Assembly (NCBI RefSeq): GCF_002113885.1
Contig: NW_018406268.1
Location: 1,024,880-1,088,879, forward strand
Direction: 5' to 3'
Source of the DNA: Mizuhopecten yessoensis
Taxonomy: Eukaryota
Length of the DNA stretch: 64,000 nucleotides
The first letter of the stretch is position 1. The number at the start of each line of letters is the position of its first letter. This document shows positions 50,957 to 63,239 of the stretch, one piece after another. The notes below the pieces were generated by a model that had not been told where the DNA came from, searched no databases, and was given only the letters and a program-made list of their open reading frames with translations. Both the position numbers and the translations under genes were made by a program.

Positions 50957-51954
50957 NNNNNNNNNNNNNNNNNNNNNNNNNNNNNNNNNNNNNNNNNNNN
51001 NNNNNNNNNNNNNNNNNNNNNNNNNNNNNNNNNNNNNNNNNNNNNNNNNNNNNNNNNNNNNNNNNNNNNNNNNNNNNNNNNNNNNNNNNNNNNNNNNNNN
51101 NNNNNNNNNNNNNNNNNNNNNNNNNNNNNNNNNNNNNNNNNNNNNNNNNNNNNNNNNNNNNNNNNNNNNNNNNNNNNNNNNNNNNNNNNNNNNNNNNNNN
51201 NNNNNNNNNNNNNNNNNNNNNNNNNNNNNNNNNNNNNNNNNNNNNNNNNNNNNNNNNNNNNNNNNNNNNNNNNNNNNNNNNNNNNNNNNNNNNNNNNNNN
51301 NNNNNNNNNNNNNNNNNNNNNNNNNNNNNNNNNNNNNNNNNNNNNNNNNNNNNNNNNNNNNNNNNNNNNNNNNNNNNNNNNNNNNNNNNNNNNNNNNNNN
51401 NNNNNNNNNNNNNNNNNNNNNNNNNNNNNNNNNNNNNNNNNNNNNNNNNNNNNNNNNNNNNNNNNNNNNNNNNNNNNNNNNNNNNNNNNNNNNNNNNNNN
51501 NNNNNNNNNNNNNNNNNNNNNNNNNNNNNNNNNNNNNNNNNNNNNNNNNNNNNNNNNNNNNNNNNNNNNNNNNNNNNNNNNNNNNNNNNNNNNNNNNNNN
51601 NNNNNNNNNNNNNNNNNNNNNNNNNNNNNNNNNNNNNNNNNNNNNNNNNNNNNNNNNNNNNNNNNNNNNNNNNNNNNNNNNNNNNNNNNNNNNNNNNNNN
51701 NNNNNNNNNNNNNNNNNNNNNNNNNNNNNNNNNNNNNNNNNNNNNNNNNNNNNNNNNNNNNNNNNNNNNNNNNNNNNNNNNNNNNNNNNNNNNNNNNNNN
51801 NNNNNNNNNNNNNNNNNNNNNNNNNNNNNNNNNNNNNNNNNNNNNNNNNNNNNNNNNNNNNNNNNNNNNNNNNNNNNNNNNNNNNNNNNNNNNNNNNNNN
51901 NNNNNNNNNNNNNNNNNNNNNNNNNNNNNNNNNNNNNNNNNNNNNNNNNNNNNN
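50957..51954. other. Assembly gap
   Basis: N-run of ~1 kb. Confidence 0.99.
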
Positions 51955-52518
51955 TTTTTTTGGGGGGGGGGGGGAAAGGTCAGAAGTTGGGGTCACATTA
52001 ACATATTTTGGTATTATTTTCAGTAGGAAAACTACAAAATTCACAGACCTTTCCAAGCAATTGTTTGAGTATTAGTTTGCCAGAATCTTATATTCTAGGT
52101 TGTCATTGCATTACATATTTGATTTGATCACAAGGTAATATGGAAATAAAAGTAATTTCATGTAGTGAAGTTGCTATTCCTTAATTTGGGTAAATGACTT
52201 CAATGATAAAAAAATTACATATGTACATGTCTTATCCTTCATGTAGGTATAATTAATTTGTGTACATGAAAGTCTGTGTAGATTGATTGTCCCATCATTA
52301 AAGCTTTAGTCAGTGGAGGTTGTTGGAGATAGATGGGACACATGTCAGTGTGTTATACTGTTTTGTTAAATGGCAGACGGACAGCTGGTCGGCTGCCCTC
52401 CATCCAGCCTTACCTATCGGTAGCATTGAACCACGTTCTGCTACGGAGATGGGCAGCTGATATAGTCATTGGCAACTCATTTCACATCATTTTATCATAA
52501 TGGTTCTACCAAAGCAAA

Positions 52519-52530
52519 ATGGCCAGGAAG
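52519..52530 (+). CDS. FAM13A: Candidate proximal first coding exon (MARK)
   Basis: AAAATGG context, ATG GCC AGG AAG|gtatgc, in frame with exon 52804. Confidence 0.45.
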
Positions 52531-52803
52531 GTATGCAGCAAAGCTTTGATCTGTTTCTGTAGTAGTTAAAGATACCTGGCTGCCTGAGGCCCGGAGAAAA
52601 CACTGCAGCAGATAGCAATGTTGTCAGGTGGAATAGATGTATGTTTTATCATTCAGCTTTTCCTTAATCTGCCATATGTACTGTCCAGGCAGTGTAACTT
52701 GCTGTCTTGTACCACAGACTAGAAACTCAAACATCTCGATATGCTTTGCGGATAATTTCATTACGATTTAGAATCTAACATGTACACTGTTGTGAATTTA
52801 CAG

Positions 52804-52999
52804 ACTAACAGACTTAACACAGATGGTTCTATGGATAAGGTCAGAAAGTTGCTGCAAAGTCCCGGGTCAAGGAGGAAAATCATACCAAATGCCCGGAAAA
52901 CATTTGGAGTTCCCCTGGATGAGCTTGTCCAGCAAGCTCCCACGGGATCCACTGTGCCATTCTTGGTGACCCGATTGTGTGAGCACATCCAGAGCAAAG
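52804..52999 (+). CDS. FAM13A: RhoGAP constant exon 1
   Basis: ttacag|ACT AAC...; TNRLNTDGSMDKVRKLLQSPG...EHIQSK; internal ATG at 52831; donor gtaggc. Confidence 0.88.
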
Positions 53000-55900
53000 G
53001 TAGGCTGTCTCACTTAAAGCACATTACCGCATGTCTTCCTAAAAGAACAGTGACAGTTGAGCTGGACCTCATCAAGAATGTTCAGAAGCATTCAATTGTA
53101 ATATATTAATTTTGTACATATCTATATTTTTAACCAGATCTCTACAGTGGGACAAATTTTGATATCTTCCATATTATTCTTGATATTATTTCTTTCTTTA
53201 AAGTCTTGTTACATGAATATTTCTATACCGAAAGAAGGTTTTGTCAAACTATGTGTAGACTAATCAGTATGCATGTTATGTGTGTGTTTCAGGCTTCGAT
53301 CATGAGGGTATTTTCCGCATCAATGGAAGTGCCCGTATCGTGGAGAAGCTTCGCGCAAGTTTTGATACTCATGGAAACGCTGACCTGGAGGAGGACAATG
53401 ACATCATGGCCATCGCAGGCCTGCTGAAGCTGTTCCTCCGCGAGTTCCCAGACCCTGTTATACCCTCCTCACTTACCAAGCAGTTTGTCAGCATACAGGA
53501 AGGTGTGTTCATCAAAGAGGATAGATCTGAATTATTGAATAGTGATTTAACACAGTGATAAAGGCTGAATTATCTGCCTCATAAAAGTTTGATACCCCTG
53601 GCTACTTGTAATTTGTACAAACTGTTTTCACCTAATTCTAGTATTGGAAATACATTTTAACATTATACCAGTTACTTGTTAGTTACTTAAGGCTCTTCCA
53701 GAAATAACGATATGGGAGGTGTGGAAGGCTATTTCACGGCGACCCCCACCATCCATCAAATATTGAAGGTGATTTAACCCTTTCACCCCCTAAGTAACTA
53801 TAGCAGACTCTACCATACATTTACCTGGATGAGTCCATGATGGTCTACAGTACTAGTAGTGAAAGGGTTAATATTAGGAATGGTAGACAGATTTGGTTTT
53901 AGACCATCCACAGGTGCCTTCCACCTCCCCCATACAATTATTTATGGAATAGCCCTTATTATACGGTATATTATAAGTTTGTCTGTTAGTATTTAGGGGA
54001 AAATTTGAGTAAAACCGATTTAAAAATAATGGTTTATAATGAATATGTGTAACCTTATGGGACTAATCAAACCTGTGTATAACGACCACCCAGGGGAGAT
54101 ATCAAAACTGTCTTTACGAGACAGGTTGACAGGTTGTACTTATATTAATCACACAATGGTAGTTAAAGCCAGGTGGTGTTTAACACAGGTGTCACTTTAT
54201 TCGTGTGGTCTTAAATCAATTACTTCTGTCCTTTTTACAGCTTGTATGAACGACACCTCTGCCTGCATCTACAAATTGAAGATGGCCGTCATAAACTTGC
54301 CCAAGGACAACTACAATCTTCTGAAGTACCTGACGAGTTTCCTGGTGGTGGTGGCCTCCCACGAGAGACAAAACAAGATGAGTCCCATGGCCTTGGCCAT
54401 TGTGTTCGGGCCTAATCTATTCAAGTAGGTACCATAGGTCGTAACAATACACAATGTTAGTAATTTGATGAGTTGTATATAGCGTAATAATTAGGGATGT
54501 CACATTACGCTTGGAGTGTACGTATCAGGATATATTGCAATACCCTGATGTATTGTCATAGGAAAAAGGTGCTCTATTCAAAAAGAAAATGTTGTCACAA
54601 TTTGATTAAATTGAATCCTGTATGGATCACAGATTTAAGATTTTTGTTAAACCAACTATCGATTATGTAATTTCAATTAACAGATTCCCACCACCAGTAA
54701 CAGCCTGTTTATGGTTATAAGCCTATTTGTTAAGCCTATCTGTTAGATGTAATAATTTGGCAGATACCTAAAAATAAGCTTTTGAAAAATATTGCAAGAC
54801 AGCGATATTTCACCTCTGTATTTTGATAAGATACAATATGCCTGTGTATTGGGATATAACAGTGTATGATATTATATTGTCATAGCCCTAGTCATAACAG
54901 TATGGCATAGTACAGGATCCTAGTCAACTGTATGTCATATGTCATAGCACTGAATCCTAGTCAACCTGCTGAGGTGTCATATTTAAAAATCCTATGACAT
55001 TGACTGTCATATGTCATAGCATGAAAGCCTAGTCAACTAAATGTCATATGTCATAGCACTGAATCCTAGTCAACCTGCTGAGGTGTCATATTTAAAAATC
55101 CTATGACATTGACTGTCATATGTCATAGCATGAAATCCTAGTCAACTTATGGAAGTGTCATATGAAATAATCCGATGACATTGACTGTCAGTGTCATGTG
55201 TCATAGCACAGAATCCTAGTCAACTTTCAGGCGTATCATATAAAATAATCCGATGACATTGACTGTCACAAGTCATAAATCGTGTAGACTCACGGTAAGG
55301 TTTCTTCCAGTGTCCAATTTGTAAATTAAAACTGGATTCTCTGTAAACTTACACTCAATACAAAGCTGATGTTTATGTAATCTTTTGTCTTACAGGTGTG
55401 GAATGGGTGTGGTCGGTTTGAAAGACCAAGGCACGGTCAACCAGATTGTTTACAAATTTATCTTCCATTACAATGCCATATTTAAGCTGGAGCATGAGAA
55501 CTCACCGGAGGAATTCTGGGTAAGAATTAATTTTCTCAATATAGTATACATAACATATATTGATGTGACATAGCTTTACAGTGATTTGATTGGTTGAATT
55601 TTAACTGATTTTGTTGAGATTGCAGCAGTGTTGTAGACTAGTTGTTTGGTTGCAAAATACAGCAACATCAGTATATTTTACACATTATTCCAACCCCTAT
55701 ATCAATATCAGACAGTAGAACATGTGTTTTCTGTATAAATACTACAATTTTAATTCTTTTTATGCATGGTTTTAAAAAAATTGACATTAACAATTACACT
55801 CAGTTGATATCTCCCTGCGAAATTATATTCTTGATGGATTCATTTTATCAAAAAGTCAGTTATATGGCCTGCATGCTTTTCATTTATTCTGTGTTCTTGG

Positions 55901-56449
55901 GACTTTAATTAGAATGAAGTAAAACAGCCAAAGAACAATAAATCTAGTTTTGTGAAGGTGAACCAATTAACACAAAGCGAGCTAGAAAAACTTATTTCAT
56001 AAAAAACGTGATAGAAATTGTAAACCCAATAACTTAAAAATTAAATTCAATATCTGCACTGATGAAAACTGGCACAGGATTACACAGATATCAGAGTTTG
56101 TATGCAATCATCAGTGATAGAGGATTTCACGAACATTAAAACAGCTTAATTTGGTTGAGATATCTTGATTTGGACATACATGTATGTATACCTGAATGTA
56201 GTGACAGCTACAGTCAGTTAAGATAGTATTTTGAGATCTACCTAAATGTGTTAACAGCTAGCCAGTTAAGATACATATATCCTCAGTATGCACATTTTAG
56301 CTGTAGTCACATAGTAACTAAGTATATTATACATGTTTCCTAACTGACAGCTGCAAAGAAGAAAACAGAAAACTCCCCCTCCACGCCCACCCCCTCCCAA
56401 GCTTCAGGTCGTGGACGTAGAGGCGCGACCCGTGGCCACTCCCAGGAAG
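52804..56449 (+). CDS. FAM13A: FAM13A-like RhoGAP, N-terminal portion (continues beyond the window)
   Basis: Exons 52804-52999, 53293-53502, 54241-54424, 55396-55519, 56351-56449. Peptides KTFGVPLDEL, EGIFRINGS (Arg finger), LLKLFLREFPDP, LPKDNYNLLKYL, NKMSPMALAIVFGPNLF, GLKDQGTVNQIV. N-terminal position of the RhoGAP plus the FRxNG and GxKxQ motifs match FAM13A/B. Confidence 0.85.
53293..53502 (+). CDS. FAM13A: RhoGAP exon (arginine finger)
   Basis: GFDHEGIFRINGSARIVEKLRASFD...QFVSIQE. Confidence 0.93.
53687..53958. mobile_element. TIR MITE hosting copy 4
   Basis: GGCTCTTCCAGAAATAA...GGGAGGTGTGGAAGGC inverted to GCCTTCCACCTCCC...TTATTTATGGAATAGCCC. Confidence 0.65.
53774..53871. mobile_element. 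piggyBac-like MITE, copy 4 (nested in another MITE)
   Basis: TTAACCCTTTCAC...GTGAAAGGGTTAA. Confidence 0.82.
54241..54424 (+). CDS. FAM13A: RhoGAP exon
   Basis: ACMNDTSACIYKLK...IVFGPNLFK. Confidence 0.93.
54492..54890. mobile_element. hAT-like MITE
   Basis: TAGGGATGTCAC...GTCATAGCCCTA termini; flanks GTAATAAT / GTCATAAC (6/8 match, decayed 8-bp TSD). Confidence 0.5.
54905..55275. repeat. Composite tandem repeat (~109-bp higher-order unit)
   Basis: TGTCATATGTCATAGCACTGAATCCTAGTCAAC sub-units; 54933-55041 duplicated at 55042-55146. Confidence 0.8.
55396..55519 (+). CDS. FAM13A: RhoGAP exon (domain end)
   Basis: CGMGVVGLKDQGTVNQIVYKFIFHYNAIFKLEHENSPEEFW|gtaaga. Confidence 0.92.
56351..56449 (+). 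CDS. FAM13A: Pro-rich exon after RhoGAP
   Basis: ctgacag|LQRRKQKTPPPRPPPPKLQVVDVEARPVATPRK|gtaggc; phase 0-0, 99 nt. Confidence 0.85.
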
Positions 56450-56657
56450 GTAGGCGTCCACTGTGTGATGGCCATGGTTACTGTGTTTGACCGGTGTCCG
56501 TCAGCTCATCTGTCTCTGACCTTTCTCTCTCACCTGTTTCACCTTTGCCTTGAACACCTGGTACAACCTGCACCTACTTATATCTCTCACTACTTCTCCA
56601 ACTAATCACTCATTACTTTATGGTTGTTATCTTTTTAATTAGTGTTTCAATTTTAGT

Positions 56658-56854
56658 TACTGTACACCGGAAATTTTTTTGCTGCTGTTAAATTTTCACC
56701 TTTTTTTGCCCTCAACAATAAGGGGGAATTTATCATAACAGGGAATGTTTGTACACAATAAACTCTACCTTGTAAAAACATATGGAGGGCGAAATTTACA
56801 CTGGGCAAATTTAGATTTTACCAGTGAATAGTGAAAGTTTCCCGGTACACAGTA
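56658..56854. mobile_element. TA-flanked TIR MITE
   Basis: TACTGTACACCGGAAA...TTTCCCGGTACACAGTA. Confidence 0.6.
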
Positions 56855-57447
56855 TTTTATTGTCTTCACAGTGTAACAATAAAAAATATTAACAGTACTG
56901 ACCAGTAGGCTATGATTAATGACTAATTTTTCTATATGATTGTCAGAAGATATGGTAAGTGATCAGTTAATTCCAAAAAAGTAGAAACCTGCACATCACA
57001 TGGCTGATGGTAGGTGTTTAGTTATCACTTTTAGTTGGTGGATGTGGTCTTAAATGAAACCATTCTGGCAAGTTTACAAAATAATTGGTTTAAGGATCTA
57101 TGCTACCTGATACATTATACTTAGGATTTGTGTGAGAGTTACCTCCCTTCAGACCTTATTAGGGCCCTGCATCAAATGTCTTGGTACCCTATAGTAATCA
57201 TGGTGTCTGCACACGTGTCTGACAAAACTTTTGTTTTCAGAGATTGACACGGAGTTAAGAAGCCTGAAATTTCAATATTTATAGGTACACTGTTATATGT
57301 AGATATACAGTAGAAGGTTTAAAAAGTTTCTATACGCAGCATCAAGGTCACTGTTACTAAAATTAGAACCAGGCATATACTGTCAAAACTATGTTGCATT
57401 GCCTTTTCTGACCAACCAGTGTTCATTTTGTAGAAAGGGGTATTTGG

Positions 57448-57538
57448 TTAACCCTTTCACCCTTAGGTAACTTTAGTAGACTCTACCATGCATTTTTTGG
57501 GATGAGACGATTATGGTCTACGGTGGTGAAAGGGTTAA
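57448..57538. mobile_element. piggyBac-like MITE, copy 5
   Basis: TTAACCCTTTCACC...GGTGAAAGGGTTAA. Confidence 0.82.
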
Positions 57539-60500
57539 TACCCTTTGCAAGTACAGGTAATCATGAAACCATAAACCAAAAATCCAATATGGTCAAGGTG
57601 GAGGTACACAGTGATCGTGATCATTGTTGCTCCTGTTTGGCGATTGTAAGATACATACAGTCGGACAAACAGCGGGGCCCTAATTACCGATCTGTCAGTG
57701 CTCCAATTCACACTAGATAATGGGTCAGTCATTAGTATTGTTAGTGCATGTTTTCTTGTGAAACTTTTGTCATCAATGAAATACCAGGTCCAAATCACCC
57801 TCCACAAAAGACTATTTATAGGTCTCTTCATTTGGAACTCTTTTGAAAAAGGAGATACAATTGAAAGTAAGGAAGCATATATCCTTTAATAAAAAAAAGT
57901 AAAAAAAAGTGTGGGTGTCCAATTACATTCTTGCGATGTACTGCATGGATGTGAGCTTTTATATTTACTGTTTACTTTGTATGTTTTTCTTCATGCTATA
58001 TATCAGTATAACGTATAAGTATACTTCATCCTTAGGTCGACAATAACAACTTTCACCTACCTTACTTATTGCTTGGTCACCTTTGATGTTTATAACGATG
58101 CATGTTAGCTACAATTACAACCCTGGTGTATACAAATACTAACCACTAACAGTTCTCTACTAAAGGGTACTTCTAGCATCTTTAATATGTGAACAGAAAG
58201 TATGCCTTTACTTCCATAATATACAGAAACTCAAGTAGGAAATATGTTGGTTAATGAATGATCTGAATGATAGGTTGTTAAACTGTTTATCACTGCTGGC
58301 CAACAAATAGGTTCGGAGATGCTTTGATATGTTTGATACATGTATGTGGAGGTGCCTTAAATTAGGTGTATCATATACAGATTACATGTTAGACAGGCAA
58401 GAGTTAGTTTACATACCTTTATCAGGCCAATTTGTTTGGTAAACAATATTACTCCCTACTGAAGGAATTACAAAATGTGTTTACTCATTTCTACAATAAA
58501 AACATGCAAGTATTTTGAATTCTCGCCATTGTAGACTGATAAATAAACATCACTAATATTAGAATGTTGGTCAATGAAACTGATTGTTATGCTGATTCAT
58601 AATTCAGGCAGACAACGGAAATATATAAGAGTGCATGATTACAGTCAGAATGCTCAAGAGTAAATATTTACTGAAATTCATTAAATTGAGGTTTGGGCAA
58701 GGGGCTGCTCACAATTTGTTGGTCGAATAGGGGTATTATACATGCACTCTGGAAAAAGTTTAAATTCTGGACATTCTTGACATTTCGTTGGGTGTATATA
58801 ACATAGACCATAGGTCGGTGTACACACAGGTCTATAAATGGCAGGTCTCCAAGTTAACCCCATTCAAAGCCTTATTTACATACTGGAGTATGTACCGAAA
58901 TGTGCTGACGTAAATATCTACGGAGCATAAATACGATAATAAAAGCACTGCTGCCATCAGGCCTTAGAAACACATCTAAATGTTTTTCTTCTATACTTTT
59001 ACGAGATTTTCATCTCTTTTATAAAACAAAAAATGCCTACTTATCAAATGTAAGAAGCTTAAATTGTAAGGTGATCAGGGCTTGACATTGATGTGTAATT
59101 CTGACACAGGTCGTAAGGTGATAAAGTCTCGACGACGCACAGAACAATGTCCAGCGCCACAATATCTTATTTTTGTACCTTCATGACATTTAAAAATGAG
59201 ATTATAGGAGATTAATGACAAAAGAAATTGCCACTTGGTGATAAATGATGATACCACCTTTGATCGCCCATAGAACATGTGATGGTCAAATGAGACCCCG
59301 AACATAGGCAGGCACTGTGCTTGTATCTGACATATAACACCAAATTTTGTAAAATCTTGGTATGAAAATAAAAATTTATTATAAAATCAGCAACACTGCT
59401 GGCCTTACTTTCATGGTCCACTGGAATTGACATTCCTGAAAAAAGAAATAAAAATCAATCGAATACTGATTAAATAATGCATATATATATATATCCCGTG
59501 ATTATAAGCTGACACCTTAATGAGTGTAATCCTGATCAGTGTTAAATGCTATACCTAGAGAAGCCATTCCCCGGATTAACAGTTACCGTTATTGTAGTGG
59601 TTATTTAAAGCTATACCAGAACCGGCAGGTTTTTGCTATAAAGGACACCTATTGATTATAACGGTACAATTGACTGATTACACCAGTACTTAACTCCGCT
59701 CCATTGTAAGTCTTGTTTATACGCTGGTGAAGGCCAAAGAGCAAGGTTGCAGGAAATACTCAAAACCTTTGTATGTCCGACAAAACAATTATACTTACCA
59801 CTCCCAATGCAATGTCGCTTACATATTACGTTACCTGTGTATCTGTGGGGCTTTGACTGGGTATTTCATGTGGATGTTACGCATAACTAACACAATTTCG
59901 CAGCATCAGCATATTTTGTATGTAAAGTCTGGGGGCGGTGATTTTGCTACCTACTTTCCACAGGGGCCTGTGCCTTGTGGCTTTGTGAAAATATCACAGG
60001 CAAAAAGGATTTGGTGAAAAGAAAGTTACTTTTGTATTGATTTTGAAAAACACAACTGAACGTTCTCTTGAGGAAGGGGCCTTATAAAGGCCCCAGATTC
60101 ACCCTAAAATCATCTCTTGGTGGGCTTCACTAAACTTGATGTGGAAATCAGTGTTAGTTGGGATGTGTTTTAAGGTCATCAAAAACTTGTATGATGATGA
60201 AATTGGTACAGAAAGAGGTGTCCAATTATGGTAGTAGTGGCGACCTTTGTCGTAACTATATTAGTCGTAGTAGTCAAGTTTGTTTATAGAGTTATAGTTA
60301 GTGCTTTTAATTCTATTGGTCATAATTGGTCATTTTGATCTAATTACTGGTAGTAGTGATTTTTGCTCTTTTGGTCGTTACGAGTTTAATCCAATCATCA
60401 CAATGTTTACCTGGGATATTTTTCTAAAACAAGGAATGAATATACAAAGAATGATCTTATTGTTGTCATTATAAATCTCCATTAGAAAAGTGAAAATGTT

Positions 60501-61231
60501 CATCTAGTAATTTATAAAGACTCGTGAGAAGAAGAAAAAAAAAAACAGTGATTTTTTTTTTAGAGTAAAATTATTGAACATACAAAATGGTGAATTGATA
60601 ACATAATTTATTCAGTTAGACAAGTACCAGGGTCTGCCTGAAGATAAAGTATCTATCATACCACTGTTTATCAATTATTTTCGAATTCTGTTTAATGCAT
60701 TGGTGCTAGGTCAATTCGTCCCTGAGTGTTATACCCATTCCTATTAATCGGCACGCAGGTTCAAATGTTTTCTTACACCCAAGACCCCCACCACTCACGC
60801 CTGACCTGGGCAGGTGAATTGACTTGATAGCAATAATCTCTACTTCTAGTGTACATTTATTGGGTCGGAAGAGTAGCCACGCTTTATGATGGTGGTTTAA
60901 TATGCATCATTTATTTCACTGAGTTTGTTCATTCAGCTATCTGTATTTGTACAACGGTTATAAATTCTTATTAGTACTTATGCCAGGTTATCTTTTAGAT
61001 AAATTGAATTCTAAAGCAGATATATATTTCTTTACAGGCAAATATACACCAACTAGTGGTGTGTCTAAAAACATGTCATGTACTTTTTATGTGATTAAAA
61101 AAAAATCATTTTCATTCACCATTGATTAAATTTGGATCATTCTACATATTTCCACTTCTGATAGAAGTTTTTATGATATGATGATATTTCTATATTTAGA
61201 TAATTAGGTTACAAGGCAAAATTAGATTAAT

Positions 61232-61544
61232 CTGCACTTTAAGATGTATGGAGCTATGTACACAAACTGCACTCTAAGATGTATGGAGTTATGTACATAA
61301 ACTGCACTCTAAGATGTATGGAGTTATGTACATAAACTGCACTCTAAGATGTATGGAGCTATGTACATAAACTGCACTCTAAGATGTATGGAGCTATGTA
61401 CATAAACTGCACTCTAAGATGTATGGAGCTATGTACATAAACTGCACTCTAAGATGTATGGAGCTATGTACATAAACTGCACTCTAAGATGTATGGAGCT
61501 ATGTACATAAACTGCACTTTAAGGTGTATGGAGCTATGTACATA
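61232..61544. repeat. 35-bp minisatellite, ~9 copies
   Basis: Unit ACTGCACTCTAAGATGTATGGAGCTATGTACATAA. Confidence 0.95.
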
Positions 61545-63148
61545 TTGGCACGCGTGGTCCCCTTTAGATGTCCGAACTGTGGTAACGTATACCCATGTAG
61601 ATACGGACAGATAACTGTGAAGGTCAAGTTTACGTATCTGATAAAGCCTCGTGATAAAATAAGTCTGAGGAAACCACATCTAAACCTTGAGTACATCGCC
61701 CTACGGCCTGTTATACATGTAAGTACTTTTGACTTAAGTGCCATTTAATTAAAAAATAAATCTTTTGTTATGACAGAACTTCAAAATAATAATACAGTAC
61801 ATTGTACCAAAAAATACATGATTTTCTTCAAAATGTGTATAACCAGAAACTTTTTTTTCTTTCATACATTTGAAAAAGTTTCATAAGAATGTTACTTTAT
61901 ACTTTTATAACAGAACAGCATCATGTAAAAAGTATTTGTGGCGTACCCCGATTCTCTCCACATTTTATACATCTCTATATATCAATGACTTTTCCTGAAG
62001 CCAATTATTGTGCCACTGCAATGAAATTGGACACCCTGAAAGAGAATTAACAGATGTTTCATTTGACAGCATTTCCATATTTTTCCATCGAATAAGGCAA
62101 AGAACAAAATGGCGTCGCAAAATCAATATCATCTGAATATGTCATCTCCCCTCAAAAACAAGAATAAATCTCGTCAAATCGTAAATATTTTTGACACGAT
62201 ACTGTAGAAGCACCACTCTCTGTTGACATCTGTCTTGGTCAATACTGCCATTCCAGGCAAAAGATACTGTGACATCAATAAAGACTATCGGAAACAAAGT
62301 GTTTTGTTTATTGGTCTTATAAACCTGTGTGGGACGACAATAATGATATAAGACCTGTTGTATCAACATTGGCCAGCCTGCAGATGGTATATAAAAAGAA
62401 AAAAAATGATGATGTCCTATGGTGAAGCATGCTGGCTAATATATAAAAACCTGTAACGTTGATCATTAAACACCTTTTTAATATACCTGGCTGGGATTTC
62501 CCAAGCTTTATATGGGTTGTCCAGTTTAGAACCTGCTAGAAGAAATTGCCTCGTCTGTTATAAACCTTAGGTCTGTTTGACATTTCTGTGGCAGGACTCC
62601 TGTAGTGGTTGACATATTGTGCCTGATTTGGTTAGAGCCAAGTAAAAATAGATAGAACTTTATAGGCTTGCTTCAGATTTGATACAAATCAGTGTAGAAA
62701 ATAGCACATACTAATGGGGGGATATGTCCCCGGGAAGAGGGCAGGGAAAAAAAGCCAGACTTCAATCTGTATACAATTACCATAGATATACAGGTTTGGC
62801 CTAGCATCTGTTACTCTTCTTCGGTAAAGCATAATTGTCAAATTAATGTTGGCTATATATGAAGAAAATTGGTTAGGACCTTTTCTGTTACAGGATGACT
62901 AAATCTTACTTTCGATTTAACAAAATACTTGTGAAGTAATATCGCTTTTGCAAAAATTACCTAAGCTTTCATGTACATTTTGCTTTAAATTTTACAATAT
63001 TTCTTGTTGATATGAATACCATCACTTTTTTGCGGTACATGTATCAGAAATAGCCCCAGGCTACTATAAATATCTTTGTGAGGGCAGTGTCATAACACAT
63101 GCATGCGTTTTATGTTTTATTGCTGTGGTAATACTAGCAAAAAACTAT

Positions 63149-63239
63149 TTAAACCTGTCACCACTGTAGACCATAATGGACTCATCCAGATCAATGAATG
63201 GTAGAGTCTACTAAAGTTGCATAGGGGTGAAAGGGTTAA
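63149..63239. mobile_element. piggyBac-like MITE, copy 6
   Basis: TTAAACCTGTCACC...GGTGAAAGGGTTAA. Confidence 0.78.

Noticed and set aside
50926-52056. 376-aa ORF (also 34312..34659)
   Set aside because: Spans an N gap.
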